DNA of 64,000 nucleotides from Cetorhinus maximus (Eukaryota). The stretch spans positions 20,088,001 through 20,152,000 of the forward strand of contig NC_135901.1 in NCBI RefSeq assembly GCF_964194155.1, in the 5' to 3' direction. The translations under genes were made by a program, and so were the position numbers. Every line of letters begins with the position of its first letter. Position 1 is the stretch's first letter. Shown piece after piece: positions 11,671 to 26,880 of this stretch. Under the pieces are notes generated by a model. The model saw only the letters and a program-made list of their open reading frames with translations. It did no database searches and was not told where the DNA came from.

Positions 11671-14600
11671 ACAGCCCACAGACTCCAGGGGGATGGGAAC
11701 CTGAGTGGGAGACACAGAAGAGGGAAACAAAGATAGACATGAAAGACAGGGAAGTAAAAAGCAAAAGTGGAAGGCAGAGGAAACGGGGGCTAGCAGCAAA
11801 TAGGGCAATAGTACAAAAGAAGATGTGAATAAAGACAAGTCTAAAGGCACTGTCCCTGAATGCATGGAGCATTCGCAATAAGGTAGATGAATTAATAGTG
11901 CAAATAGATGTAAACAGCTGTGATATGATTGCGATTACAAAGGCACAGCTGCAGGGTGACCAAGGCTGGGAACTGAATATCCAAGGGTATTCGATATAAA
12001 TATCCTAAAGGAAGGGCAGGCACAAAGAAAAATAAAGTGGAGTGGTATTGTTAGTTAAGGATGAAATCAGTGCAATAGTGAGAGAGGATATCGGCTGAGA
12101 AAATCTAGATGTAGAATCAGTCTGGGTGGAGCTAAGAAGCAACAAGGGGTGGAAAACATTAGTGGGAGTTGTGAACAGGCCTCCAAATGGTAGTAGTAAG
12201 GCAGGGGACAGTATTAAAAAGGAAATTAGAGACGCATATAACAAGGGTGCTACAGTAATCATGGATGACTTTAATCTAATATAGACTGGGCAAATCAAAT
12301 TATCAATAACACTGTGGTGGATAAATTCCTGGAGTCTGTACAGGATGGTTTTTTATACCAGTATGTCGAAGAACCAACTAGTGAACAGGCTATCTTGGAT
12401 TTGGTTTTGTGCAATGAGAAGGAGTTAATTAATAATCTTGTGGTGTGGGGTCCTTTAGGGAACAGTGACCATAACATGAGAGAATTCTTCCTTAGGTTGG
12501 AAAATAAAGTAGTTCAATTCAAAACTCGGGTCCTAAATCTAAACAAAGGGAACTCAAAGGTATAAGGCGTGAGTTGGCGAAGATAAATTGGAGAATTTCA
12601 TTAAAAGGCATGATGGTGCATAGGCAATGGCTAATATATAAGGAATGAATGTATGCATTGCAACAGTTATATATTCCTTTCTGGTGCAAAAACACAACAG
12701 GAAAAGTGGCCCAACCATGGCTAGCAAAACCAATGAAGTGTAGTATTAGATCCAAAGAGGAGTCATATAAAGTTGCTTGAAAAAATAGCAAGCCTGAGGA
12801 TTGGGAGCAGTTTAGAATTCAGCAAAGGAGGACCAAGAGATTGATTAAGAGGGGAAAATAGATTACGAGTGTAAACTTGCAAGGAACATAAAAGAGGACT
12901 GTAAAAGCTTCCACAAGCATGTAAAAAGAAAAAGATTAGTGAAGACAAATGTAGGTCACTTACAGTCCGAAATAGGAGAATTTATAATAGAGAACAAGGA
13001 TATGGTAGTGCAATTAAACAACAACATTAGTTCTGTCTTCATGGAGGAAGACACAAATAACTTCCAAGAAATACTAGGGAACCAAAGGTCTAATGAGAAG
13101 GAGGAATTGAAGGAAATTAATATTACTTAAAAAAACAGTGCTGGAGAAATTAATGGGACTGAAAGCTGATAAATCCCCAGGGCCTGATAATCTATATCCC
13201 AGGGTACTAAAGAAGGTGGCCATGGAAATAGTGGATGCATTGGTTGTCATCTTCCAAAATTCTGTAGATTCTGGAATAGTCCCAGCAGATTGGAAGGTGG
13301 CAAATGTAACCCCACGATTTAAAAAAGGAGGGAAGAACCGGAATTACAGACCGGTTAGCCTAACATCTGTGGTAGGGAAAATGCTAGAATCTATTATTAA
13401 AGGATGTGATAACAGGATACTTAGAAAATATCAACAGGATTAGACAAAGTCAACATGGATTTATGAAACGGTAATCATGTTTGACAAACCTCCTGGAGTT
13501 TTTTGAGGACATGACCAGCAGAATAGATAAGGGAGAACCAGTGGATGTGGCATATTTGGATTTTCAGAAAGGTTAAAGTCCCACATAAGAGGTTAGTGTG
13601 CAAAATTAAAGCACATGGGATTGGGGGTAATATATTGGTATGGATTGAGAACTGGTTAGCGGACAGAAAACAGAGAGTAGGAATAAATGGGTCTTTTTTG
13701 GAATAGCAGATGGTGACTAGTAGGGTACCGCAGGGATCAGTGCTTGGGCCCCAGCTATTCACCGTATATATCAATGATTTGGAGGAGGGAAACAAATGTA
13801 ATATTTCCAAGTTTGCTGCCCACAAAAAACTAAGTGGAAATGTGAGTGGTGAGGAGGATGTCAAGAGGCTTCAAGGTGATTTAGACAAGTCGAGTGAGTG
13901 GGCAAATACTTAGCAGATGCAGTATAACATGGATAAGTGTGAAGTTATTCACTTTGGTAGGAAAAACAGAATGGCAGAGTATTATTTAAATGGTGATACA
14001 TTGGGAAATGTTGATGTACAAAGGGACGTGGGTGTCCTTGTACACCAATCACTGAAAGCAAGCATGCAGGTGCAGCGAGCTGTTAAGGAAGATGGTATGC
14101 TGGCCTTCATTGCAAGAGGACGTGAGTACAGGAACAAGGATGTCTTACTGCAGCTATACAGGGCCTTGGTAAGATCACACCTGGAGTATTGTGTGAAGTT
14201 TTGTCTCCTTACCTAACAAAGGATATACTTGCCATAGAAGGGGAGTAGCGAAGGTTGACCAGACTGATTCCTGGGATGGCAGGATTGTCGTATGAGGACA
14301 GGTTGGGCCAACAAAGCCTGTATTTATTGGAGTTTAGAAGAATGAGAGGGGATCTCATTGAAACGTATAAAATTCTGACAGGGCTGGACAGACTGGATGC
14401 AGGAATGACGTTTCCTCTGCCTGGTTGGGGTCGGGGGGGCGGGTGGGTGGGGGGACGGCGGCGACGTGGGGGTTGGGGTGGGGTCTAGAACAAGAGGTCA
14501 CAATCTCAGGATACGGGGTAGGCCATTTAGAATTGAGATGAGGAGAAATTTTTTCTCTCAAAGGGTGGTCAACCTGTGGAGCTCCCTATCACAGGGGGCT

Positions 14601-14790
14601 GTGGTGGCAAAGTCACTGAATATATTTCAGAAGGAAACAGACAGATTTCTAGACTCTAGGGGCGTCAAGGAGTATGGGGAGAGAGTGGGAGTATGCCATT
14701 GAGATAGAAGATCAGCCATGATCATATTAAATGGCGGCGCAGGCTCGAAGAGCTTAATGACCTATTCCTGCTTCAATTTCCCATGTTTTT
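11670..14790 (+). mobile_element. CR1 LINE, near-complete but disrupted ORF2 (APE endonuclease and RT) with 3' UTR
   Basis: [65 protein letters not shown]; many stops and frameshifts. Confidence 0.93.
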
Positions 14791-14799
14791 ATTAACCGG

Positions 14800-15260
14800 C
14801 TCACGACGGTGACCTCTCACCTGACAGCTCACAATGCCCGGCTGATTGACGGCAGAGCCGGACCAATAGGAAAGGAGAGGGCGGGGCTGTAGGCGAGGCG
14901 AAGCGGCTGGTCGTCCAACCAATCGGAGTGAATAAGGGGCGGGGCAGGGCTGAGTGAAGCATGCGCGGTGTGATTAATGGCGATGGAGGGAAGCATTTTT
15001 CTCGGATTCGCATTCGGTAAAGGCGAAGAGGGTGGGATGGCGGAGTGGTGCGATGGCGGAATCTGGCCGGTGGTTGAATAGGTTTCGTAAATGTTATGTA
15101 AACCGTAAACCTCGAAAAACAACGAACCAATACCCGGGACCGTCCCCCTCCTTTGCACAGAGCAGGGCCGCAGCTTTCTCCCAGTTCCTGACCCGGATTA
15201 ACGGCCGCCATCTTTAATGGGGCCATTTGCAGCGAGGCGCATGCGCGACCTCCATCTTTG
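14800..15260 (+). promoter_or_regulatory. CpG-island promoter P3 (upstream of pseudogene G2)
   Basis: Two CCAAT boxes (~14863, ~14919), GC boxes, YY1 GCCGCCATCTTT at 15204-15215, NRF1 GCGCATGCGC at ~15237-15246. Confidence 0.7.
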
Positions 15261-15764
15261 AAGAGGGCAATGTTTTTGAAATTTTTCCAATGACAAAATG
15301 TGGACATTGTCCATCAAGTTGCTTCACACTTTGAGTTACAATGTCTTATTGATGAGGCAGAACAACGATATATGTCCAAGTCAGTGACAATCATTTGTAT
15401 TTATATTGTGCCTTAAACAGTATAAAACTTTCCAATGCATTTCACAGAAATGTTACAAAGTAACATTTGATACAGCCACATAAGGAGATATTAGGGCAGG
15501 TCACCAAAAGCTTTGTCAAAGAGGTAGGTTTTAAGGAATATCTTAAAGGAGGAAAATGACGTGGAGAGGCAGAGAGGTTTAAGGAGGAAATTCCTGAGCT
15601 TGTGGCCTAGGCAATTGAAGGAACAGTCACTGATGGCGATTAAAATCGGGAATTCTCAGGAGGCTGGAATTAGATGAGTGCAGAGATCTTGGAGATTGTG
15701 TGGCTGGTGGTGATTGTGGAGATAGGAATGATAACAACCATGGAGGAAAACAAGGATGAGAACC

Positions 15765-16000
15765 TTATCCTTTGTCCTTTTGTCTATGACATCTTTAGCA
15801 ATCTCTTCTTTGCCTCCACCTATCACTGGCCCTCTATCCAGCTCTACCTGTCCCACCCCCCTCAACCAGCTTGTATTTCACCTCATTTCTATTTCTCCTT
15901 AGTTCTGATGAAGAGTCATACAGACTCAAAACGTTAACTGTGTTCCTCTCCGCAGATGCTGTCAGACCGAGTTTTTCCAGCTATTTTTGTTTTTGTTTGA
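15765..16000 (+). mobile_element. Penelope-like element 3' fragment with hammerhead-like motif
   Basis: Similar to 2940-3170; AGTT-CTGATGA-AGAGTC-ATACA-GACTC-AAAA-CGTT-AACT at 15901-15939. Confidence 0.8.
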
Positions 16001-16925
16001 GAATTTTAAAAGTTGGTGCTTCTTAACTGGGAGCCTTTGTAAGTCAGCAAGCACAGTGGTACTGGGTGAACAAGACAGTACGACTAAACACACAAGCAAC
16101 AGAGCTTTGAATGACCTCAAGATTACGGGAGTTGGAGGGGGATGGTTTAATGTTGAAGGCCGACTGGGAGTGTGTTAGGATAGTTTAGCCTTGCAGTAAC
16201 AAAGGAATGGATAATGGTTTCTGCAGGAGATAAACTGAGACTAAGGTGGAGTCAGGCCATATTACTGAGGTAGAAATAGGCAGCCTTGGTGATGATGTGG
16301 ATATGTGGTTGGAAGCTCATCTGGGAGTCACATATGACACCATGGAAGTGAACAATCTGGTTCAGCTTCAGAGGAAACTTCTACACATCCCGTACTTGAC
16401 GTCAGACAAGTCAGGATGGTGCATGACTTGGGTGGGAACTTGGAGGTGCTGGTGTTCACATACCCTGGTCTGTCTAGGTGGTGGAATCTGAGGGTTTGGG
16501 TGATTCTGTCAACGTTCTTGTCAAATTATAGATATCAAATTTTTCTCCACCACCTGCCTCTCCCACCTCTCTCTCACACACACCCTCTCTCCACCCATAG
16601 AGCCAGAGTCTTGTTTAGGCCCAGACCAGATTCCCACCCTGAAGGACATCAGTGAACGAGTTGGGTTTTTACGACAATCCAGCAGTTTTCATGGTCACTT
16701 TTTCCTGGTGCCGGCCCCACAAATTACCAGATTCATTCAGCTCAATTTCACAACCTGCATTTGTGTCTTCTGGGTTCTGTCTCACGCTCTTTTTCTGTTT
16801 TATATCAATTTCACAGAATATTGGAAGGGAAGGATTTGCAGTCAGGAAGCTGAAACCAAACATCACATTGGGATCTGACAGAGTCACCCAATTTATCATA
16901 ACCAGAATATCATCGGAATTTGAAC

Positions 16926-18045
<1,120 letters not shown>

Positions 18046-18604
18046 GTATAGTGATTGGATTTTGCTGCTAATCACATCCAGGACTGAATTGGGCTCTTTT
18101 TCTGCTGATGTTAATAAACTCCAGCCTAGCTATAGGTGTTAATATTCTGGATATAATTAAAATAAATCAGCTTTGTGTTAAACACACAGTGTGCCGAGTC
18201 TTTTTAATATCTATAACACAAGTTAATTCCTTTGAAGTGCTCTCCCTTTCCTGTCTCCTCCGTTCTCAAACTCCAACTCACCAGGCTCTTTAGATAGCAC
18301 CTTCTGAACCCACGACCGTTACCATCTAGAAGGACAAGGCAAGCAGATAAATGGGAACATCGTCTCCTGGAAATTCCCCTCCAAGCCACTTACCATCCTG
18401 ACTTGGAAATATATCGCCGTTCCTCCACTGTCGCTGGGTCAAAATCCTGCAACTCCCTCCCTAACAGCACTGTGGGTGTATCTACACCACAGGGCTGTCT
18501 TAAAAAGGCAGCTCACCCTCACCTTCTCAAAGGAAATTAGGGATGAGCAATAAATGCTGGCCTCAACTGCGATGCCCACGTTCAATGATTGAATTAGAAA
18601 AAAA

Positions 18605-19300
18605 CAAGTGTGAGGAGCTAATGGATAACTATGATTAAGACAATCCTATCAACTGCCTCTGCTGCTTTTCTCCCTTCCACTAACACACCGGGCTGAACTG
18701 CCTCTCAAGCTGCTCCTTCTAGCCCTGAACTCTCATATTTCTTATGTTTATCTGCCATGTCTCCTCATGCCCATTCAGAGCTCATCTTGTCCATGAGAAC
18801 CACCTCCTGCTCCATTGACCCTATTCTCACTATTCTGCTGATCTTCCAACTTCCCCATTTTCACTGACATTGTTAATGGTTCTCTCGCTTCAGGTTCTGT
18901 CCTTCAAATCTGCAATCATCACCCCCTCCTCAATAAAACCAACCCTTGACCACAGCATATTTACAAACTCCCACCCCATCTCCAACCTCCCTTTTGCATC
19001 CAAAGTCCTTATCACTTCCCAAATCCATGCCCATCTTTCCAGGAATTCCATTTTTAAATCCCCCCAATATGATTGTTGCCCCTGTCACAGTGTTGAAGGA
19101 GCTCTTAGAATCACAACTTACGTTCCATGTCACCAAGATGAACTCTCCCTCCATGTCCTTCTCGGCCTCTGCAGTAATTGACACCATGAACCAAACCATC
19201 CTCCCCCAATGCCCCTCCACTGGGGCCCAGCTAGATGGGACATCACGCTCCTGATTCCTTTCTTATCAAATTGTAGCCAGAGAATCACCTGCAGTAGCTG
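18605..19300 (+). mobile_element. L2-clade LINE RT fragment
   Basis: PTLDHSIFTNSHPISNLPFASKVL motif; inverted paralog of 23050-23720. Confidence 0.75.
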
Positions 19301-19329
19301 TGATTATTTGAATAACACTGTCATAGGCT

Positions 19330-22130
19330 CACTCACTCAATAGGTGATCAGGTATCACTGCACTTTTATATAAAAATGTTCCATTATCACCCTCACTGGT
19401 CTGCACAGGAGGGCTGCTTTGGGCTGCATCAGAGTGCTTCAGCTAGAGTTTGATGAGAGAGGGACTTTTAAGGGTTAATTCTATCTAAAGTATAATCTTT
19501 CTTTAATTTAACAACTAACTAAAAGTTGTTCTTTGGGTTGGGAGAAGTTGAGTTTTAGTCCAGCTTTAAAACAGGGGTTATACAGGCTCTGCTTGCAGCT
19601 GCAGCTAGTTAATTAGTTAACTGGCTTGAACAGGTTTTCGGAAGCTAGATTCAGGCAGCATAAAAGCAAGCCATCGATAGTTATGCTTTTATCTTCACTG
19701 GAGTGTTGCTTTAGGTTGCATTTGAGTGCTTAAGTTGGCGTTTGGTAAGAGAGGGACTTTTAAGGATTAATTTCTTTCTAAAGTCTAACCATTCTTTAAA
19801 TTTTTTGTTCATTTATGGGATGTGGGAATCGCTGGCTAGGCCAGCATTTATTGCCTATCCCTAGTTGCCCTTGAGAAGGTGGCGGTGAACTGCCTTCTTG
19901 AACCACTGTCGTCCACATGGTGTAGGTACACCCACAGTGCTATTAGGGAGGAATTCCAGGATTTTTATCCAGCAACAGTGAAGGAATGGCAACATATTTC
20001 CAAGTTAAGATTGTGAGTGGCTTGGAGGGGAACTTCCAGGTGGTGGTGTTCCCCTCTGTCTGCTGCCCTTGTCCTTCTAAGTATTGCTAAAAGTTACTCT
20101 TTGGGTTGGGAGAAAGTGAGTTTTAGTCCAGCTTTAAAACCAAGATTATACAGGCTCTGCTTGCAGCTGCAGCTAGTCCATTAGTTAACTGGCTTATACA
20201 GTTAAGTCATGGCAGGGCAGCTCGGCCAAGTGGAATGCTCCTCCTGTGAGATGTGGGAAGTCAGGGACACTTCCAGTATCCAGGTGACCAAGTATGCATG
20301 AAATGTCTCCAGTTGCAGCTACTTAAAATCCACGTTTCAGAGCTGGAACTGTGGCTGGGGTCACTGTGGAGCAAAAGCAAAGGAGAGATCTTCGTGGATA
20401 TCACATACAGTAAGGTGGTCATACCACAGGTAAAGAGTAGTGATTGGGTGACTGCCAGACAGAGTAAAAGCATGAGGCAGGTAGTGCAGGGGTCCCTGGG
20501 TCCAAGCAAAGGGGATGCAATGGCGTAGTGGTATTGTCGCTGGACGAATAATCCAGACACCCAGGGTAATGCTCTGGGGTCCTGGGTTTGAATCCCACCA
20601 CAGAATTTGAATTTAATAAACAATATAGAATTTAAAAAGTCTAAAGACCATGAAACCATTGTCGATTGTTGTGAAAACCCATTTGGTTCACTAATGTCCC
20701 TTTAGGGAAGAAAATCTGTCATCCTTACCTGGTCTGGCCTACATGTGACTCCAGACCCACAGCAATGTGGTTGACTCTTAAATGCCCTCTGAAAAGGGCA
20801 ATTAGGGATGGGCAATAAATGCTGACCCAGCCAGCGACGCCCACATCCCATGAATGAATTTTAAAAAGTCTGTGGCATGACGAGTAGCTCGGCTGCACAA
20901 GGTGGGGAGAGCGCAAGTGAAATATTGACACGGGATTCAATCATAAGGGGAACAGATAGACGTTTCTGCGGCCGCAGAAGTGACACCAGGATGGTATGTT
21001 GTCTCCCTGGCGCCAGCATCAAGGATGTCACTGAGTGGCCGCAGGACATTCTGGAGCGATGAGTGAACAGCAAGAGGTCATTATCCATATAGGTACCGAT
21101 GATGTAGGGAAAAAGAGGGATGAGGTCCTGAAAGCAGAATATAGGGAGCTGGGAAATAAATTAAAAAGCAAGACCCCCAGGATTCCCCTGGAATCAGGAT
21201 TACTACAAGTGCTACGTGCTGGAAAGATCAGGAATAGGAGAATATACCAGATTAATTCATGGCTGAAAGATGGTGCAGGAGGGAGGGATCTAGATTGCTG
21301 AGACATTGGGACTGATTTTGGGGAAGATGGGACCTGTACAAGGTGGATGGTTGCACCCCAGTAGGACTGCAACCAATATCTTCACTGGGGTGTTTGCTAG
21401 TACTGTGGGGGAGGGTTTAAACTAGACTGACAGGGAGATGGGAAACTGAGCGGGGAGACACAAGAGAGGGAAACAAAGATTGGAATGAGAGACAGAAAAG
21501 TAGAAAGCAAAAGTGGAAGGCAGAGGAAACAAGGGCTAACAGTAAATAGCCACAGTACAAAAAAAATGTTAAAAAGTCTAAAGCACAGAACATTCGAAAT
21601 AAGGTAGATGGATTAACAGTGCAAGTAGATATAAACAGATACAATATGATTGTGATTAAAGAGACATGGCTGCAGGGTGACCAAGGCTGGGAACTGAATG
21701 TCCAAGCATACTCGATATTAGGGACAGACAGGAAAAATGGAAAAGGAGGTGGTGTGGCATTGTTAGTTAAGGACAAATTCAGTGTGATAATGAGAGAGGA
21801 AATTGGCTCAGAAAATCTAGATGTAGAATCAGGCTGGGTGGAGCTAAGAAGCAACAATGGGAAGAAAACATTATTGGGTGTTGTCTGTAGGCTTCCAAAC
21901 AGTAGTGATCAGGTGGGGGACAGTATTAAACAGGAAATTAGAGATGCATGTAACAAGGGTGCTATGGTATTCAGGGGTGATTTTAAGCTGCATATGAGTT
22001 GGGCAAACCAAATTAGCAATATTACTGTGGTGGATGAATTCCTGGAGTGTACAAGCTTTTTTTTAGACTCGAAAGTCGAGGAACCGACTAGGGAACAGGC
22101 TATTCTATATTTGGTATTGTGCAATGAAGG
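19330..22130 (+). mobile_element. CR1 LINE 5' half: repeated 5' UTR, ORF1 (Cys motif and SGNH esterase-like domain), ORF2 endonuclease
   Basis: CxxC..CMKCLQLQLL, DSIIRGTDRRFCG..MVCCLPGA, VIIHIGTDD, ETWL..GGGVALLVK; direct repeat 19460-19630 vs 19750-20200. Confidence 0.85.
20512..20867 (+). mobile_element. tRNA-derived SINE inserted in CR1 ORF1
   Basis: A box TGGCGTAGTGG at 20521-20531, B box GGTTTGAATCC at ~20585; 3' tail shared with LINE ends at 18530-18605 and 19800-19880(-). Confidence 0.85.
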
Positions 22131-22744
22131 AGAGTCATACACGGACTCAAAATGTTAACTCTGTTTCTCTCTCTCCACAGGCGCTGTCAGACCTGCTGAG
22201 TTTTTCCAGCATTTCCTGTTTTATTTCAGACAGCCAACATCTGCAGTATTTTGCTTTTATGCTAGCATCATGAGGAAATCTTTTCAGTAACAAGTGGTAA
22301 GAATTTGGAATTCACAATCGGATGGATACAGATTCAAGAGTGACCTTCAAATGGAATCGGATAAATTCTTGAAGGAGAAATGACGCTGGGATGCGGTAAA
22401 GAATGGGGGAGTGGGACTAACTGGGTCACTTGTTGAATTTGCCAGCACAGATTCGATTGGCCAAATGGCCTCCTTCTCTGCTGTGGTTTGATGACATTCT
22501 GTCATCTATAATAATGGAACGATTCATAATAAACATATGATAGAATCTCATAGAGCACGGATGGTGGCCATTCAGCCCATTGTGCCTGTCCTGTCTCTGA
22601 AAATGTTACCAATCTGTCGCACTCCCCTGCCCTTTTCCGATCGCCCTCGAAATCTTTACTTATTAAGTTGAAATTAAAATCACTTTTCAAAGTTACTACT
22701 GAATCTGCTTCTACCAGTCATTCAGACAATGACTTCAGTCTTCC

Positions 22745-23740
22745 CAATGTTTAATTTGAAGAAATTTCTGAACATCCACCACCAGATATCAAACAGTCTG
22801 ATAATTTACCAAGAGTGGAAAGGTTGAGAGAGGTGGTGGTGAGGCAGAGCTGGGAGCTGTCAATGTAAATGTGAGAACTGACAGTGTTTTCAGATGATGT
22901 CATTGTGTGGAGCAGGTTAATGAGAAATAAGAGACCACGGCTGGATCCTTTGGGGACACCAGAGGTAACTGTGGGATTGGAAAAGGAAGACATTACAAGT
23001 GAGTCTCTGGCTATGGTTAGATAGAGAAGAATGGAACCAGGAGAGAGCGGCCCCACCCAGCTGGACGACAGGGGAGAGGCGAAGGTGCAGAATGATGTGG
23101 TCAACATTGTCAAAGGCTGCAGACAGGTCGAGGATGAGAAGGAAGAGTTTATCTTTGTCACAGTCACATAGGGTGTCATTTGTGACTTTGATAAGAGCTG
23201 TTTCAGTGCTGTGGCAGGGGCGGAAACCTGATTGGAGGGATTCAAACATGGGGTTCTGGGAAAAATGGGCACAGATTTGGGAGGTGATATGTTCAAGCAC
23301 TTGAGAGGAAAGGGAGGCTGAGAGGAAAGGGAGGCTGGAGATGGGGCAATAGTTTGGAAAGACAGTAGGGTCAAGCATTTGTTTTTTGAGAAGGGTATAA
23401 TGATGGGAAATCTGAAGGAGAGAGGGACAATACCTGAGAGAGAAAACTATTAACATAATCAGTGGACATTGGGAAGTTGAGTGATCAGCAGTTTAGTGGG
23501 AGTAGGGTTGATGGAGCAGGAGGTGGGTTTCATGGACAAGATGAGCTCTGAGAGGGCAGGAGGGGAGATGGGAGGGAAACGACAGAAAGATGTGAGTTCA
23601 GGGCTCGGGTAAGGGGGAGCTTTAGGGAGGGCGAGTGGAAGGGAGGGAAGCAGCAGAGGCAGCTGATCGGATTGTCTCAATCTTAGTGACAAAGAAGCTC
23701 CATGAGCTCCTCACACTTGTTGGAGGTGAGGATGGAGGAG
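22745..23740 (-). mobile_element. L2-clade LINE RT fragment
   Basis: NYCPISSLPFLS, QSGFRPCHSTETALIKVTND, LLILDLSAAFDNVDH, SGVPKGS. Confidence 0.9.
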
Positions 23741-23957
23741 ACGGGGAGATGGAGAGCCCTTCAAAAGGAACTAACTTGTGTTAGTGATATTAAAAAGATT
23801 CAACACACTGTGTCTTTAACACAAAACTAATTTATTTGACTTTTCGCCAGATTAGACCCTGTAAGTGGGCTGTAGTTTATTAACATCAGCAGAAACTGAC
23901 CCCAATGAACATGATTCAGTCCTAGATGTGATGAACAGCAAAATCCCATCACTGTCG

Positions 23958-24911
23958 TTACTTGTGAATTCGCTGGTGTCTCAGCAGGTGGGGTGAATGA
24001 GTGAATCTCTTCCCACACTGGGTGCAGATGAATGGTCTCTCCTCAGTGTGAACTCGCTGGTGTGTCAGCAGGTTGGATGAGGTAGTGAATCTCTTCCCAC
24101 ACTGAGGGCAGGTGAATGGCCTCTCTCCAGTGTGAATTCGTTGGTGTGTCAGCAGGTTGGATGAGGTAGTGAATCTCTTCCCACACTGAGGGCAGGAAAA
24201 TGGCCTCTTTCCAGTGTGAATTTGCTGGTGTCTCAGCAGGCTAGATAACTGAGTGAATCCCTTCTGACACTGGGGGCAGCTAAATGGCCTCTCCCCAGTG
24301 TGAACTCGCTGGTGTGTCAGCAGGTGGGATGACCGAGTGAATCCCTTCCCACACTCAGAGCAGATGAACGGTCTCTCCCCCGTGTGAACTCGCTGATGTC
24401 TCAGCAGGTGGGGTGAATGAGTGAATCCCTTCCCACAAGTGGAGCAGGTGAATGGCCTCTCCCCAGTGTGAATTCGCTGGTGTACAATGAGTTGAGATGA
24501 TCGCCTGAACCCAGTCCTGCAGTGAGAGCATTTAAATGGTCTCTTGTCAGTGTGAACACACTGATGGTACATCAGCTCCCAGGAACTTTTAAAGCACTTC
24601 CCACAGTCTGGGCATTTAAAAGGTCTCACGTCAGTGTGAACTCGCTGGTGGCTCAGCAGGTTGGATGAAAGAGTAAATCCCTTCCCACACGTGGAGCAGG
24701 TGAACGGCCTCTCCCCAGTGTGACTGCGCCGATGAATTTCCAACTCAGACGGGAATCTGAATCCCTTCCCACAGTCCCCACATTTCCACGGTTTTTCCCT
24801 GGTGTGGCTGCGCTTGTGTCTTGACAGGCCAGATGATTGGTTGAAGCCTCGTCCACACACAGAGCACGTGTACGGTTTCTCCGCGATGTGAACGGTGCTT
24901 TTTCTTTCCAT
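23958..24911 (-). CDS. C2H2 zinc-finger protein, 11 tandem fingers, no effector domain (gene G3)
   Basis: Intact ORF MERKST...HQRIHK*; acceptor TTTCACAG at ~25019; AATAAA at 23831-23836 on the minus strand. Confidence 0.9.
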   Translation of the reverse strand: MERKSTVHIAEKPYTCSVCGRGFNQSSGLSRHKRSHTREKPWKCGDCGKGFRFPSELEIHRRSHTGERPFTCSTCGKGFTLSSNLLSHQRVHTDVRPFKCPDCGKCFKSSWELMYHQCVHTDKRPFKCSHCRTGFRRSSQLIVHQRIHTGERPFTCSTCGKGFTHSPHLLRHQRVHTGERPFICSECGKGFTRSSHLLTHQRVHTGERPFSCPQCQKGFTQLSSLLRHQQIHTGKRPFSCPQCGKRFTTSSNLLTHQRIHTGERPFTCPQCGKRFTTSSNLLTHQRVHTEERPFICTQCGKRFTHSPHLLRHQRIHK

Positions 24912-25634
24912 GTTCAAAATCAAATGATATTCAGGTTATGATAAATTGGGTGACTGTCAGATTCTGCTGTGATGTTTTGTTTCTGTTTCCTGACTGCAAA
25001 TCCTCTCCTTCTAATCCCCTGTGAAACTGATTTAAAACAGAAAAAAGGGAGTGAGAGAGAACCCACAAAAACAGGTTGTGAAACTGAGCTGAATGAATCT
25101 AGTAATTTGTGGGGCCGGCACTAGGAAAAAGTGACCATGAAAACTGCTGGATTGTCATAAAAACTCAACTGGTTCACTAATGTCCTTCAGAGAAGGGAAC
25201 CTGCCATCCAGTCTGGGCCTATACAAGATTCTGGCCTCCATGGGAGGAGAGAGAGAGGTGGGCGATTCAGTGGGTGAAGATGTGTTTAATACATCTTCAG
25301 CTCGACCAGAACTTTGGCAGAATCTCCCACACCCTCAACCTCCTCCACCTAGAAGGACGAAGGTAACAGGTGTCAATGAACACCATCACCTCCAACTCAC
25401 ACAACGTCCTAACTTGTCTGACATCCAGTACTGGATGAGCAGAAATTCCCTCCATTTAAACGTTGGGAAAATGAAAGCCATTGTCTCCACTCCCTAACCA
25501 GCTCTCTGAAGCTGAACCAGAATATTCGCAATCTTGTTGTCATATTTCAGCCCAAACTGAGCTTCTGACTACAGATCACTAAAACCACCCATTTCCACCT
25601 CAGTAACATCGCCCAGCTGTGCCCCTGCCTCAGA

Positions 25635-26880
25635 GCACAGCCCGGCCCTCATTCCGGCGCTATGGGTTCCTGTTCTCATTGACAGGGGACTTTCTGACCC
25701 ATGGGGATTCTGGGTAAACCAGCCGAGACCAATCTGTGAACGGGCATTTTTTTTTCCCCATTGGTAAAATGGAAGATCCATGGATGAGGGGGATATTGGA
25801 CTGGAAGCACAATGAGAGGTTCGGACACTTTATTAAATACTCACAGCAGAAGCACATTAATCTGGTTGGAGATCACTTCCTCACGAGCAGCCAGCGGAGT
25901 GGAGCCTCCAGAGATTCCGGTCCCTTTCCCGTCAGTATTTACAGGAGCTGGGACACGGAAAAGAATCTCAGTAAAATCAGGGATTTATTTGTTCACTGTT
26001 TTAAAATGGGTCTGGGCTCACACTTGAAGTTTGTGCAGCCTGTGATTCTCTGAGTTTATTAACTCTCCCCCTCCAGACCCTTTGGGCTCTCGATTGTTTC
26101 TCAATGTCCTACTGGCCCTTTGATTCCCCGGGTTTATTAACTCTCCCCCTCCAGACCCTTTGGGCTCTCTATTGTTGGACTCTCTATTGTTTTTCAAAGT
26201 CCTCCTGGCCTTGTACCTGATCCAATAAAAACCCTCCTTACATCACACAGGGAACAGCTTTAGACATGTTCTGACTTTTCACCTCAATCTTATTCTGCTG
26301 AATGATCTCACTGACCGTTCCCTTTCTCTCAATCAGTCCGTCCACCATCTCTTTTCTGGATTTCACTCCTTCTTGTTGTTCCAGGATTTCATCTCTCTGC
26401 CTTTTATTTCTTTTACTGAAGATTCCTGTCCATTGCTGCCTCAATGCCTCATCCTGTTCCCACATATTCTCCATGTCTAAGTGCTTCCCAGCGGCCGCGC
26501 CAGCCGTGGCCCCTATTCCAGCCCAGTCACTGATCCCTCTCTTCCCTCCACCCTTTTTACTGGTGTCACTATCACAGAGACGATCGCGGTGTTTTCCCAA
26601 AACTGCCTTAACACCGGGGTCTTGGCTACTGGGTGGTCATAGTCCACCCATCTCTCTCCCTGCATTCTGACTTATGAAATTCCTGGATAATTCCCTTATC
26701 ATCCAAACATCAAGGTCCTTGTAGATGGGATGACATAACCTTGGGGACGGGTGTGTGGTATTCAGGGCACATAGTACAGGAACTATTTTAAGTCTTGTAT
26801 CATTCTGTAGGCTTTGTGAGTACGAGTGATGATTAAACCATTTATGGAACCAATTTTGTGTGGCAGGACAGATTGAGGGG
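25635..26880 (-). other. Unclassified insertion with a charged/coiled-coil-like ORF remnant and an internal tandem duplication
   Basis: Abuts an L2 fragment at ~25635; 120-aa ORF 26238-26600(-); GTTTATTAACTCTCCCCCTCCAGACCCTTTGGGCTCTC repeated at ~26054 and ~26132. Confidence 0.35.

Noticed and set aside
11670-14790. Active autonomous LINE
   Set aside because: All CR1, L2 and Penelope copies here are truncated or carry stops and frameshifts.
20512-20600. tRNA gene
   Set aside because: A and B boxes are present but there is no cloverleaf; it continues into a SINE body and tail.
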